From the NCBI RefSeq assembly GCF_034179925.1, contig NZ_JAXFPG010000047.1:6487-70486 (forward strand): a stretch of DNA of 64,000 nt, given 5' to 3'. A model generated the notes under the pieces. The model searched no databases and was not told where the DNA came from. It saw nothing but the letters and a program-made list of their open reading frames with translations. The translations under genes were made by a program, and so were the position numbers. This document shows, one piece after another, positions 53,406-63,375 of the stretch. Origin of the DNA: Micrococcus sp. (GTDB taxonomy: Bacteria; Actinomycetota; Actinomycetes; Actinomycetales; Micrococcaceae). Position 1 is the first letter of the stretch; every line of letters starts with the position of its first letter.

Positions 53406-54188
53406 TCAGACGAGGCGGCGCTCGGCGAGGAACGCCACCAGCTGTTCGGCGGCGGTGCCGTCATCCACGACCTTCGGGCCGGCCTGGCGTTCGGGGCGGG
53501 CCGCGGCGGAGACCATCACGCAGCGGCGGTCGGCCTCCACGGGGCCGGCGGTGAGGCCGAGGTCCGCGAGGGAGAGCGTCTCGATGGTCTTCTTCTTCGC
53601 TGCCATGATGTTCTTGAAGTTCGGGAAGCGCGGTTCGGGGGTGCGGTCGGTCAGCGTGGCCACGGCGGGCAGCGGGGCCGCCGCCGTCAGCCGGGCGTGA
53701 TCGGTCACGACGACGCCGCGCACCTCGGCCTCGGTGATCTCCAGTGCCTCCACGGAGGGCAGGATGGGGCGGTCCAGCAGCTCGGCGACCATCGCCGGGA
53801 CCACGCCGGTGGCACCGTCGGTGGAGAGGCCGCCGGCGAGCACCAGGTCCGCGCCGACGCGGTCGAGGGCGGCGGCGAGCACCCGGGCGGTCTGCACGGC
53901 GTCCGAGCCGGCCAGGGCGGCGTCCGTCACGTGCACGGCGGAGTCCGCACCCATGGCCAGCAGCTTGCGCAGGGTCTTGGTGGCGTCCTCCGGGCCCATG
54001 GTGAGGGCCACGATCTCAGCCTCGGCGCCGGCGTCGCGGTGGGCCAGGGCCACCTCCATGACCCGTTCGCTGATCTCGTCGGGGACCGGCTCAGCCGCTC
54101 CGTCCCGGACCACCATGCCGGTGTCCATGTCCAGAGTGCGGGTCTGCCACGTGTCGGGGACCTGCTTGGCCAGAACGACGATCTTCAA
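53406..54188 (-). CDS. etfB: Electron transfer flavoprotein beta subunit
   Basis: KIVVLAKQVPDT, ALTMGP, LAMGAD and EPRFPNFKNIMAAKKK; TTG start with RBS AGGAG. Confidence 0.92.
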   Translation of the reverse strand: MKIVVLAKQVPDTWQTRTLDMDTGMVVRDGAAEPVPDEISERVMEVALAHRDAGAEAEIVALTMGPEDATKTLRKLLAMGADSAVHVTDAALAGSDAVQTARVLAAALDRVGADLVLAGGLSTDGATGVVPAMVAELLDRPILPSVEALEITEAEVRGVVVTDHARLTAAAPLPAVATLTDRTPEPRFPNFKNIMAAKKKTIETLSLADLGLTAGPVEADRRCVMVSAAARPERQAGPKVVDDGTAAEQLVAFLAERRLV

Positions 54189-54332
54189 CGCTCGACTCCT
54201 CCTCGGGTCGCCCGCCGGGTCCCTGAGGGTGTCGGCCACGGCAGGCCATGCACTCCGAGGCTACCGTCCGTGCCTGTGCGCTCGCACCGTGAGGCCCTCC
54301 CGGCCGGCCGCCCGCTCCACTAGCCTCACCCC

Positions 54333-55229
54333 ATGAGCACCCCTGCACTCGCCGCACCGCCGGCCCGGCCCGCGGCCTCCGTGCTGCTCCTGCGGGACGC
54401 GCCGGACGGGCCCGAGGTGTTCCATGTGCGGCGCGCCTCCACGATGGACTTCAGTGCGGACGCCACCGCCTTCCCCGGCGGGGGCGTGGACCCCACGGAC
54501 GCGGGCCTGCCCCTGCACGGCCCCCACGACGCCGGCCCGGACCTGTCCGCCTGGGCCCGGCGCCTGCGCCTGGCCGAGCGCCCGGTGGAGGCCTGCCCGG
54601 GGCAGGCCCCGGCCGACGTCGCCGGCCGTCTGCTGGCCGCGGCGGTGCGGGAGGTGTTCGAGGAGACCGGGGTGCTGCTGGCGCGGGGCTCGGACGGCAC
54701 CGCTGTGGACGCCGCCGCGGCGGCCCGTCTGGGGCGGCACCGGGGTGCGGTGGAGCGGCATGAGACCTCCTTCGCGGACCTGCTGGCCGTGCACGGGCTC
54801 CACGCGGACGTCTCCGGGCTGCGGGCCGTCTCCCGGTGGATCACGCCCGTGGGTGCCTCCCGCCGGTACGACACCGTGTTCTTCCTGGCCCGCCTGCCGC
54901 ACGGGCAGTCCCCGCACCGGCTCAGCGCGGAGGCCGCCGCACACGGTTGGGCGGCCCCGCGCCGGCTGCTCGCGGACTTCCGGCGCGGGCTGGTGCACCT
55001 GATGGCCCCCACCTGGGCGCAGCTGCGCGCGCTGCACGGCGCCCCGGATGTGGCCTCCGCGCTCGCCGGCGCCGAGGCGGCCGGGCCGGTGCCGGTGGTC
55101 CAGGTGGCGGCGGGGGCGAGCCCGGCCGAGCGTGCGGCCGGGTTCGCCCACGCCGAGGAGTACCTGGCGGACCTGGAGAGGTTCCGCGCCCGGGCGCAGG
55201 TGGCCCAGACCCCGGACAACATCCTCTGA
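54333..55229 (+). CDS. NUDIX hydrolase
   Basis: RPAASVLLLRD, AFPGGGVD, AAVREVFEETGV and WITP...RRYDT. Confidence 0.85.
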   Translation: MSTPALAAPPARPAASVLLLRDAPDGPEVFHVRRASTMDFSADATAFPGGGVDPTDAGLPLHGPHDAGPDLSAWARRLRLAERPVEACPGQAPADVAGRLLAAAVREVFEETGVLLARGSDGTAVDAAAAARLGRHRGAVERHETSFADLLAVHGLHADVSGLRAVSRWITPVGASRRYDTVFFLARLPHGQSPHRLSAEAAAHGWAAPRRLLADFRRGLVHLMAPTWAQLRALHGAPDVASALAGAEAAGPVPVVQVAAGASPAERAAGFAHAEEYLADLERFRARAQVAQTPDNIL

Positions 55230-55355
55230 CCCGGTGCCGGCCGCCCCGCTGACAGGTGGGCTGGCCGGCCCTACGCTGGGACGCAGCACTCGATCCCCCG
55301 ACGCGACGGCGCGCCCCGGCGCCCGGCTGGCACGCGCGGAAGAAAGCGAGACCCC

Positions 55356-56777
55356 ATGGCCCTGAGCACCCTGGACCTCTTCTCGATCGGCATCGGCCCC
55401 TCCTCCTCGCACACGGTGGGCCCTATGCGTGCCGCCCGCCGCTTCACCCACGCCCTCGAGCAGGAGGGAACCCTGGAGGCGGTCGCCCGCGTCAAGGGGG
55501 AGCTGTTCGGTTCCCTCTCCGCCACCGGGGTGGGGCACGGCTCGGACATGGCCCTGATCCTGGGCCTGGCGGGCCACGACCCGGAGACCATCGACCCGGA
55601 GGCCGCCGCGCCCGTCGTCTCGGCCTGCGTGGCCGACCGTGTGCTCCCCCTGGCCGGCATGCGCGAGATCCCCTTCGACCGCCCCAAGGACCTCATCCTG
55701 CACATGCGCAGGTCCCTGCCGGGGCACCCGAACGGCATGCGCCTGACCGCGTTCGACGCCGACGGCGGCGTCCTGACCACCCGGGACTACTACTCCGTGG
55801 GCGGCGGGTTCGTGGTGACCGCCGAGGAGCTCGAGGCCGAACTGGACCAGACCCGGGAGATCGCCCGCCACGGTGAGGAGCCGGAGCCGCACCCGTTCTC
55901 CACGGGGGCCGAGCTCGTGGCCCAGTGCGAGATCCACGGCAAGTCCATCGCGGATGTGATGCGCGCGAACGAGGCCGCCCGCGGGGACCTGGCCGAGGTG
56001 GAGGCCAAGGTGCTGGAGATCTGGGACGTGATGCAGGAGTGCGTGCACAACGGCCTGCACCGCACCGAGCCGATCCTGCCGGGCGGGCTGAAGGTCAAGC
56101 GGCGCGCCCCCGGGCTGTACGCCCAGCTGCAGCAGAAGGGCGTTGACGAAGAGGGCAAGGACCCGATGTGGGCGATGGAGTGGGTCAACCTCTTCGCCCT
56201 GGCCGTGAACGAGGAGAACGCCTCCTTCGGGCGCATCGTCACCGCCCCCACCAACGGTGCCGCCGGGATCATCCCCGCGGTGCTCCACTACGTGGACAGG
56301 TTCGTGCTGGGCCCGGACGCGTCGGAGCAGCAGCGGCGGGCCACGGTCTTGGATTTCCTCTTCACGGCGGCGGCCATCGGCATCCTGTACAAGCGCAACG
56401 CCTCGATCTCCGGGGCCGAGGTGGGCTGCCAGGGGGAGGTGGGCTCGGCGTGCTCGATGGCCGCCGGCGCCCTGTGCGCCGTGCTGGGGGGCACTCCCCT
56501 GCAGGTGGAGAACGCCGCGGAGATCGGCATCGAGCACAACCTGGGCCTCACCTGCGACCCGGTGGGCGGGCTCGTGCAGGTGCCGTGCATCGAGCGCAAC
56601 GCGATCGCCTCGGTGAAGGCGATCAACGCGGCCCGTCTGGCTCTCGTGGGCGACGGCGACCACCGCGTCACCCTGGACCAGGCGATCCAGACGATGCGCG
56701 AGACCGGGGCGGACATGAAGTCCAAGTACAAGGAGACCTCCCGCGGCGGCCTTGCCGTGAACGTCATCGAGTGCTGA
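55356..56777 (+). CDS. sdaA: L-serine ammonia-lyase (Fe-S)
   Basis: [37 protein letters not shown] and [10 protein letters not shown]. Confidence 0.95.
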   Translation: MALSTLDLFSIGIGPSSSHTVGPMRAARRFTHALEQEGTLEAVARVKGELFGSLSATGVGHGSDMALILGLAGHDPETIDPEAAAPVVSACVADRVLPLAGMREIPFDRPKDLILHMRRSLPGHPNGMRLTAFDADGGVLTTRDYYSVGGGFVVTAEELEAELDQTREIARHGEEPEPHPFSTGAELVAQCEIHGKSIADVMRANEAARGDLAEVEAKVLEIWDVMQECVHNGLHRTEPILPGGLKVKRRAPGLYAQLQQKGVDEEGKDPMWAMEWVNLFALAVNEENASFGRIVTAPTNGAAGIIPAVLHYVDRFVLGPDASEQQRRATVLDFLFTAAAIGILYKRNASISGAEVGCQGEVGSACSMAAGALCAVLGGTPLQVENAAEIGIEHNLGLTCDPVGGLVQVPCIERNAIASVKAINAARLALVGDGDHRVTLDQAIQTMRETGADMKSKYKETSRGGLAVNVIEC

Positions 56778-56887
56778 CCGGGGCGCCCGCCGGGAGCGCG
56801 CCCCACGCCCGGCACCACGGGACGGGGTCCGGGGCCGTGGGCTAGATTGGGCGGCACCGCGCCTGCCCATCACTCGAGAGGACCACC

Positions 56888-58063
56888 GTGCGCATTCATC
56901 CCGTGGACGCCACCCTGGAGGCCGCCCGGATCGACCCCGAGGAGCGCACGCGCCGCCTCGAGGGCGTGAAGCTGGACGGCTCCGGCTGGAAGTACGCCCT
57001 GACCCGGGCGTTCAAGGAGTTCGGCAACGACGGCGGCACGGACCTCGCCGCGAAGCTCACCTACTTCATGGTCCTCTCCCTGGCCCCGGCCCTGCTGGCG
57101 GTGTTCTCCCTGCTCACCCTGCTGCTGGCCAACAACCGCGGCACGGTGGACGACCTGGTCGTCCAGCTGGCCGCGAACGTGCCCTCGGACTATCAGGGCG
57201 TCGTCACGGACGTGGTGAACACCCTGATGGACCAGGCGGCCTCCGGCGGCGGCTTCATCGCGGCGATCATCGGTATCCTCACGGCCATCTGGTCCGCCTC
57301 CGCCTATGTGCGGGCGTTCAGCCGCTCCGTGAACAAGGTCTACGGCTACGAGGAGGGCCGCGGCTTCGTCCGGGTGACCCTCAACAACCTGGCCACCACC
57401 GTGCTGCTGCTCGTGGGCGTCGTGGTGGTGCTCATCTCCATCGCCCTGAACCGTTCCCTCGTGGACGGCTTCCTGGCCCCCATCGCCGAGCCGCTGGGCC
57501 TGGTCGGCGTGGTGGACTTCCTCTCCGGCACGTTCCTGCCGATCTGGGACTGGGTGAAGTGGCCGTTCGTCATCGCGCTGATGCTGCTGATGATCGCGGC
57601 CCTGTACTTCCTGACCCCGAACGTGAAGAAGCCCAAGGTGCACGTGTTCGGTCCGGGCAATGTGTTCGCCCTGGTGGGCCTCGTAGTCGCCGCTCTGGTG
57701 CTGTCCGTGTACCTGTCGAACTTCGCCGGGTACAGCTCCTACGGTGCCATCGGCGGTGTGATGGCGCTGCTGTTCGTGCTGTGGATCTTCAACATCGTGC
57801 TGCTGCTGGGCATCGAGATCGACGCCGAGGTGGAGCGCGCCAAGCAGCTGGCCGCGGGCATGCGCTCCGAGGAGGCCGTGCGCCTGCCCCCGAAGGACGT
57901 GGACGCCCTCGTGAAGAAGGTGGAGAAGCAGGAGGAGCTCGAGCAGAAGGGCTATGAGCTGCGCGCCACGCATGAGCCCTCCGGGGCCGAGGCGATCGCC
58001 GGGCGCGGCTCTGAGGAGCGCGACGGCGGCTCCCACGCCGCCGGCGAGCGTGCGCGTTCTTGA
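56888..58063 (+). CDS. YihY/BrkB-family membrane protein
   Basis: AAKLTYF.VLSL.P, WSASAY and YGAIGGVMALL. Confidence 0.85.
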   Translation: MRIHPVDATLEAARIDPEERTRRLEGVKLDGSGWKYALTRAFKEFGNDGGTDLAAKLTYFMVLSLAPALLAVFSLLTLLLANNRGTVDDLVVQLAANVPSDYQGVVTDVVNTLMDQAASGGGFIAAIIGILTAIWSASAYVRAFSRSVNKVYGYEEGRGFVRVTLNNLATTVLLLVGVVVVLISIALNRSLVDGFLAPIAEPLGLVGVVDFLSGTFLPIWDWVKWPFVIALMLLMIAALYFLTPNVKKPKVHVFGPGNVFALVGLVVAALVLSVYLSNFAGYSSYGAIGGVMALLFVLWIFNIVLLLGIEIDAEVERAKQLAAGMRSEEAVRLPPKDVDALVKKVEKQEELEQKGYELRATHEPSGAEAIAGRGSEERDGGSHAAGERARS

Positions 58064-58124
58064 CCCGGCGATGATCCGGCACTGACCCGGCGCGGCCGGC
58101 ACGCCGGAGGACGGTCCGGCCGAC

Positions 58125-58163
58125 GACGAGGCCCCCGGAGGATGATCCTCCGGGGGCCTCGTC
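58125..58163. terminator. Perfect 19-bp palindrome between convergent genes
   Basis: GACGAGGCCCCCGGAGGAT-g-ATCCTCCGGGGGCCTCGTC. Confidence 0.75.
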
Positions 58164-58178
58164 ATGCCGGGCCTGGGC

Positions 58179-59306
58179 TCAGCGCTTGGCTGCGCGGTAC
58201 CCGGCGGCCGCCGCCGCGGCGGCGGAGGCGTAGCAGTTGCGGGCGTTGGTCTCGTCGTAGTGCTGCTGACCGGGCACGTGGTAGATGCCGGAGTTGTCGT
58301 TCGCCTTGACCCGGTGGGTCGCGGGGCAGGTGGTGCCCGAGCCGGCCACGGAGCCGCCGGAGGCGGCCGGAGCGGCGGGCGCGGCGGGAGCCGCCGGGGC
58401 CGGTGCCGCAGGAGCTGCCGGCACGGCGGGGGCCGGGGCCACGGGCGCGGCCGGGGCGGCGGGCACCGGGGCGGCCTGGGCCGTCGTCGGGCAGGCACCG
58501 CTGTGCAGGCCGACGCCCTCGGCGGCGGCCTGGTTCCAGGCGGCCTGCACCTCGGGCAGGAAGCGGACATTGCCGTCGTACTGGACGGGCTCGCCCAGGC
58601 CCTTGCGGGCCATCATCGCGTTGACCAGCTGGCCGTCCTCGTACACGCCGGCCAGGAGGCGGCCGTAGCGGTCCTCGCGCACGCGGTCGTACTTGAGCAG
58701 GACGGTGTCCCCGGGGGCGAGGATGGCGGCCATCGCGGCGCTGGCCTCAGGGCCGAGGCACTCCTTGCCGATGGTGGGGTGCTTGGTCTCGGGGGTGTCG
58801 ATGTTCAGCAGGCGCACGCGGGTCTGGGCACCCTGGAGGTCCACCACGATGGTGTCCCCGTCGGTCACCCGCAGCACGGTGGCGACGTCACCGTCGGTGG
58901 CGGCCGGAGCCGCAGGGGCCTGCGCGGTCGCCTGCTGCGTGGTCGGGGCGGCAGCCAGGGCCGCGGGGGCCTGCGCGGTCGCCTGCTGGGTGGTCGGGGC
59001 GGCAGCCAGGGCCTCGGAGGTGGTCGCCGGTGCCGGCGCGGGCGTCGTGACCACGGGGGCAGGCGCGGGGGCCGAGGAGGACGCCGGAGCGGCCTCCGCC
59101 GTGGAGGGTGCGGCGGCCGGCGAGGACGGAGCAGGCTCCGCCGGGGCCGGCGTCGTGACCACGGGGGCGGGCGCGACGGTTTCGGACGTGGACGGGCCGC
59201 CCGTGGCGGGGGCCGGGGCCTCGGGGGCTGCGGTGCAGCCGGCGAGCACCAGGGCGGACAGGCAGGCACCGGCGAGGCAGGCGCGGGTGCGGAGTGCAGA
59301 GGGCAT
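58179..59306 (-). CDS. Lipoprotein thermonuclease with Pro/Ala linker and small C-terminal Cys domain
   Basis: Lipobox LAGC; TDGDT, IDTPET and DRYGRLL catalytic motifs; C-terminal CPATHRVKANDNSGIYH...CY...AGYR. Confidence 0.85.
   Translation of the reverse strand: MPSALRTRACLAGACLSALVLAGCTAAPEAPAPATGGPSTSETVAPAPVVTTPAPAEPAPSSPAAAPSTAEAAPASSSAPAPAPVVTTPAPAPATTSEALAAAPTTQQATAQAPAALAAAPTTQQATAQAPAAPAATDGDVATVLRVTDGDTIVVDLQGAQTRVRLLNIDTPETKHPTIGKECLGPEASAAMAAILAPGDTVLLKYDRVREDRYGRLLAGVYEDGQLVNAMMARKGLGEPVQYDGNVRFLPEVQAAWNQAAAEGVGLHSGACPTTAQAAPVPAAPAAPVAPAPAVPAAPAAPAPAAPAAPAAPAASGGSVAGSGTTCPATHRVKANDNSGIYHVPGQQHYDETNARNCYASAAAAAAAGYRAAKR
58915..59013 (-). repeat. 51-nt coding tandem repeat x2 (ALAAAPTTQQATAQAP)
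   Basis: Units start at 58915 and 58966. Confidence 0.8.
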
Positions 59307-59451
59307 GGGTCTCCTCGGACCAGAGGGGGGATGCGATGGAGGGCCCTGCCGTGCGGCAGAGCCCTCCGGAGGTCTCCATCATTCCGGGCCGGGCCGGGCG
59401 GGGCAAAACAGAGCCCCGTGGCAGGGCAGGCCGGTGGTCCCTCGGCTGCGC

Positions 59452-60393
59452 TCAGCGGGCCGGGTCTGTGCGGCGCACCCCGTCCACCGGGTCGTCGCCG
59501 CCGTCGAGGGCGTCCAGGATCAGGTCCCGGGCCTCGCCGGTGGCGGAGCGGTGCGAGAGCCACAGGGCGGCCAGCCAGCACAGCAGGACGATCACCGCGC
59601 TGCCCCATGCGGTCACGGCGACGGCGCCCGAGTTCGGCCCGGAGCCGTCCGCCCGGCCCACACCGATCCACACCAGCCCCCAGGCCAGCGCGGCCGCCGC
59701 GGAGAGGCGCCCGCCCGAGTACACGGCCGTCACCGCACCCAGGATCACGGCCAGCACGAGCATCACCTGGGCCCAGGTGGTGGGCATGAGCGGGGCGCCC
59801 GTCCACCCGCGGGAGGCCAGCCAGGCGGTGAGGTTCGCGAGCGTCGCCACGGTCACCCAGCCCAGGTGCAGACCCTGCACGCCGTCCACGAGGATGCGGT
59901 CGGCCCAGTGCCGGGGCCGGGCGGTGGTCTCGAGGATCACGAGCACCCGGACCAGCACAGCCGCCAGGAGCAGGATCACCACGACGCTCAGGCCCAGCCA
60001 GCCTGCCTGCACCACCCACAGCCACGCGACGTTCAGCACGAGCGAGGCGAGGATCCACGGGCGCAGGCGCCCCTGGCGTTCGGACTGCGCCGCGGCCAGT
60101 GTCTGCCACACCCCGTAGCCGAGCAGTCCGGCGTAGATCACGGACCAGATGCTGAACGCCGGGGTGGCCGGGGCCAGCCAGGTGGAGTCCGGGCCGAGCC
60201 AGCCGTCGGCGGCCTCCGCCGTGGGCGTCATGCCGGGCAGTACGCCCGAGCCGAGGAACGCCCCCACGAGGGCGGCGACGACGGCGGCCAGCATGAGCAG
60301 CCGACCGGCCGGGGAGGACAGCCCACGGCCGGCGGACGGGCTCGGGCGGGACGGCCGGGCGCCGAGGGGGTCGGCGTCGACGACGTGGCTCAT
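59452..60393 (-). CDS. Tryptophan-rich sensory protein (TspO-like)
   Basis: WLAPATPAFSIWSVIY, LNVAWL and LHLGWVTVATLAN. Confidence 0.78.
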   Translation of the reverse strand: MSHVVDADPLGARPSRPSPSAGRGLSSPAGRLLMLAAVVAALVGAFLGSGVLPGMTPTAEAADGWLGPDSTWLAPATPAFSIWSVIYAGLLGYGVWQTLAAAQSERQGRLRPWILASLVLNVAWLWVVQAGWLGLSVVVILLLAAVLVRVLVILETTARPRHWADRILVDGVQGLHLGWVTVATLANLTAWLASRGWTGAPLMPTTWAQVMLVLAVILGAVTAVYSGGRLSAAAALAWGLVWIGVGRADGSGPNSGAVAVTAWGSAVIVLLCWLAALWLSHRSATGEARDLILDALDGGDDPVDGVRRTDPAR

Positions 60394-60518
60394 GGGACCT
60401 CTTCCCTGGTCGGTGCGGGTGCTCGGGGGCCAGCGTACGTGGTGGCGGCCGGGAGGGCCCTGGAGCGCGTGGCTATCCTGGCCCGATGCACCCCGCCCCG
60501 ACGCCCGCACCCGCCCCG

Positions 60519-60796
60519 GAGCCGCCAGGCGGTACGGGCCCCCATCGGAGCGCCAGCATTCTCGGCCGCATCGCGCAGCAGCCGGTACCCGAACTCGGGA
60601 TCGTTCTGGTGGGCGTCGTGGAGGGCGTTCGCCCGGTGAGCGGCCTCCAGTTCAGCGGTGCTCACCGGGTTCTGGAGCCAGCGGTAGTAGGGCTGGCGGG
60701 CGAGCTTGAGGACCCGCAAGGACACCGCGACCGGGATCTGGTCGGCGGCGAGCTCGGACACGAGCGGGTACATCATTTTTTCGGCAGTCCCGCCTG
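60519..60796 (-). mobile_element. IS3-family remnant (orfA end and orfB start)
   Basis: CAGGCGGGACTGCCGAAAAAATGATGTAC junction (QAGLPKK*/MMYPLV), then ARQPYYRW...DPEFGYRLL...RTAWRL; both ends truncated, no DDE core. Confidence 0.8.
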
Positions 60797-60797
60797 T

Positions 60798-60956
60798 CGC
60801 CTCAGCCCGTCGCTGCGCATCGACCATCTGCAGGGTCCGAAAGAGCCGTTGCTGTGGGTCCCCGACGCGGTGTGCGGTGCGGTCACCACTGCTCGAGTCA
60901 CTAGTGACGAGTACCTGAAGATCTTGGGCGAGCAGGTGGCCATCGTCCAGATCTGA
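60798..60956 (+). pseudogene. 3' remnant of a DUF3800-like (RNase H-like) gene
   Basis: RLSPSLRIDHLQGPKEPLLWVPDAVCGAV...* resembles the C-terminal EPLLW.PD motif I recall from actinobacterial DUF3800-related proteins; its 5' side abuts the IS3 remnant. Confidence 0.5.
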
Positions 60957-60959
60957 CTC

Positions 60960-61043
60960 CGAAGGTGGCGCGAGCCTCGGGCCCTGCCGTCCGGCAGGAA
61001 CTCCCGAAGCTCACTTCCTCGACCCTCGCAAGGGGAGGTTTCA
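60960..61043 (-). ncRNA. Candidate structured RNA convergent to the DUF3800-like remnant
   Basis: Three-segment hairpin GAGC/TCGGG/CCTGCC-gtcc-GGCAGG/CCCGA/GCTC (60972-61012), small hairpin 61017-61038 and minus-strand TATAGT at 61050-61055. Confidence 0.5.
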
Positions 61044-61109
61044 TCACGGACTATACGCCCTATATGAGCACCCGGCTCAGACTTTCTTAGCACTGGAGTA
61101 ACGCAGCCC

Positions 61110-61667
61110 CTACTCCCCCGCTGACCGCTTGAGCGAGGTGTAGAGCGTCTGCCGGCTCACCCCGAACGTGCGTGCCACCTCAGCCTTCGGGATCCCCATC
61201 TCGATCATCATCCGAGCCTGCTCCACGTCGGTGTCCGAGAGCTTCGGGGCCTGCACGTACTTACCTCTCGCCTTGGCCAGGGCGATGCCCTCAGCCTGAC
61301 GCTCCTTGATCCGGCGACGCTCGAACTCAGCGAACGCCTCCAGGATCCCCAGCATCAGCCCGTCCACCGGCGAGGTACCGGACTTGTCCACGGTGATCCG
61401 CTCGGATACGAACTGCACCGCGCACCCCTTGCCAGTGAGCTCGTCCACGATCGCGTACAAATCCCGGGTGTCCCGGCCCAGCCGATCCATGGAGGTGACC
61501 TTCACCAGGTCCCCCTCGCGGACGTACCGCATCAGCTCAGCCAGACCCGCGCGCTTGGCGCGGGAGCTGCCGGAGATCTTGTCCTGGAAGATCCGGTCGC
61601 ACTCCCCCACTGCCTCCAGCTGGCGGTCCAGGTTCTGCTCGGCCGAGCTCACCCGCACGTACCCCAC
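61110..61667 (-). CDS. Serine resolvase/invertase with C-terminal HTH
   Basis: GYVRVSS (catalytic Ser), DKISG, SMDRLGR, EFERRRIKERQAEGI and HTH VARTFGVSRQTLY. Confidence 0.93.
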   Translation of the reverse strand: MGYVRVSSAEQNLDRQLEAVGECDRIFQDKISGSSRAKRAGLAELMRYVREGDLVKVTSMDRLGRDTRDLYAIVDELTGKGCAVQFVSERITVDKSGTSPVDGLMLGILEAFAEFERRRIKERQAEGIALAKARGKYVQAPKLSDTDVEQARMMIEMGIPKAEVARTFGVSRQTLYTSLKRSAGE

Positions 61668-61800
61668 GGTCTATCCAACCATGTCTTAGACCCTCCGTCA
61701 GATGTGTCCAACGGGTCCGAACTGAACCTACTCTGACGTGATGATCTCGTAGGGCCGGGGGATGTGTAAAGGGGTATAGGTGCTATGACGCATAGGCTTG
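61668..61800. promoter_or_regulatory. Putative res site / resolvase promoter region
   Basis: AT-richer stretch just upstream of the resolvase with inverted half-sites CGTCAGA (61696)/TCTGACG (61732) and TGT...-type subsites. Confidence 0.4.
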
Positions 61801-61864
61801 ACCCAGTTCCTCATGAATTACTAGGAGCTTCCCCAGGCGTTCAACCCCATTATGTTTAGCCGCT

Positions 61865-62617
61865 TTAGAACAAGCTAGCCTCGCGCCCGTCTCGGAGCCG
61901 GCGGCGTGACAGGAAAACTCCTGCAAGTCCAAGCACTACCCATGGCAATGTGGTCCAGAGTTCACCAGGTAAAGGACTGCCCCCAGTGCGCATGGCATCC
62001 ACGGTCCAGCTCATGGGAAGCAGCTGGGAGATAGAGCGCAACCAGCCGGGGTAGGCGGCCAGAGGGGCGGCCACGCCGGCCGTCAGGGGCAGCACGCCCG
62101 AGAGCACGTTGGAGACGAGATAGGGGTCCGAGAGGACCAGGGAGAACACTCCCACCGCGAGCCCGATGATCGCCCCGCACACCAGGGCCACGGGGAGCAT
62201 CACCAGCGCTCTGGCCAGGATGTGGGTGTCCCGGGCGGGGTCCATGAAGAACACGGCCCCCAGGCTCATCAGGGAGACGAGTGCAGCAGAGACCAGGGGC
62301 AGCACGGGTTTGGCCACCCAGTAGGCGGGGGTCCCGAAGCGGGGGAACAAGGCGGCGGGCACGACACCGGTGTGCCGTTCGTAGGCCAGGGTCGCGTTGG
62401 TGCCGGACATGACCGAGGTGAAGGCGCTCAGGAGGATGCCGGCGTACACGGCTCCGCGCAGGTCAGTGCCCGGGATGGAACCAATGACGGCGGCGAGCAT
62501 GAGCGTGCTCAGCACAGGGGTGGCCAGCAGGGTGATCACCAGGGTGCGGCGATTGGCGAAGGCCGGCGAGGAGGCCAGTGCGATGGTCAGCGCGGTGCGC
62601 AGGGAGGACAGAGACAT
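61865..62617 (-). CDS. ABC-2-type exporter permease
   Basis: About six TMs; LPLTAGVAAP...PGWLRSISQLLPMSW. Confidence 0.75.
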   Translation of the reverse strand: MSLSSLRTALTIALASSPAFANRRTLVITLLATPVLSTLMLAAVIGSIPGTDLRGAVYAGILLSAFTSVMSGTNATLAYERHTGVVPAALFPRFGTPAYWVAKPVLPLVSAALVSLMSLGAVFFMDPARDTHILARALVMLPVALVCGAIIGLAVGVFSLVLSDPYLVSNVLSGVLPLTAGVAAPLAAYPGWLRSISQLLPMSWTVDAMRTGGSPLPGELWTTLPWVVLGLAGVFLSRRRLRDGREASLF

Positions 62618-62625
62618 CAGGCTCC

Positions 62626-63375
62626 TCAGGTCAGGTCCACGCTGGCGTGCTGGACAGCTCGGCGCACAGCCATTGAGGTCAGAACAGCGGCGACGGCGAG
62701 CCACACGGCGCTGGACGCCACGGTCAGGGCCATGTCCATCCAGAAGGTGGGGAAGAGCCCTGCGGTGCTCACGGCGTGCACGGCGGAGTTCAAGGGCAGC
62801 ACCCGCAATGGCGCGTTGAGGAAGTCAAGCTGTGGCGGCAGTCCGAAGATGCCGCTGAGCAGGATGAGGGGGGCGGCCACCAGGGATTCGTAGACCAGGG
62901 CGTCGGGGTGGTGGGCGAACAGGGCCGCGATCACCAGGGACATGGACAACGAGGCCAGCCAGAACGCGGCGATGGCGAACACCAACGACCAATTAAGACG
63001 GCCCAAAGGCATGCCCAGCACAGCAGCCGCGGCGCCGGCCAATGGGAAGGCGAACAGCCCGAAGGTGGCTGCCGAGCCGACGACCGGCAGCAGTGCGGTA
63101 CGGGCCCCGAGAGGGGAGACGACGTGATGGATGAGCGTTCCCTGGAAGCGTTGGAAGCCGATGAGGCCGGTGGAGACCGCGCACATCGTCCACGTGCCGA
63201 CCATGCCGGCCCGTAGCCATGCCTGTTCCGTGACCTGTGCCCCGGAACTGAATGTGGCGACGTACTGCAGCAGCAGCACGGAGAGAGTGCTGGTCAGCAA
63301 TAGTTGGGCAAAGTAAGAGTTGCGGGCGAACAGGCTTACCTGGAAGGTGAGCATGCGAAGAAAACGCACCATCAT
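62626..63375 (-). CDS. ABC-2-type exporter permease
   Basis: About six TMs; FQRFQGTL and LILLSGIFG; start overlaps the ATPase stop. Confidence 0.75.
   Translation of the reverse strand: MMVRFLRMLTFQVSLFARNSYFAQLLLTSTLSVLLLQYVATFSSGAQVTEQAWLRAGMVGTWTMCAVSTGLIGFQRFQGTLIHHVVSPLGARTALLPVVGSAATFGLFAFPLAGAAAAVLGMPLGRLNWSLVFAIAAFWLASLSMSLVIAALFAHHPDALVYESLVAAPLILLSGIFGLPPQLDFLNAPLRVLPLNSAVHAVSTAGLFPTFWMDMALTVASSAVWLAVAAVLTSMAVRRAVQHASVDLT

Noticed and set aside
60390-61093. ORFs 60390..60827, 60486..60956 and 60773..61093 as intact genes
   Set aside because: They are chimeric read-throughs across the IS3 and DUF3800-like fragments; only sub-segments resemble real proteins.
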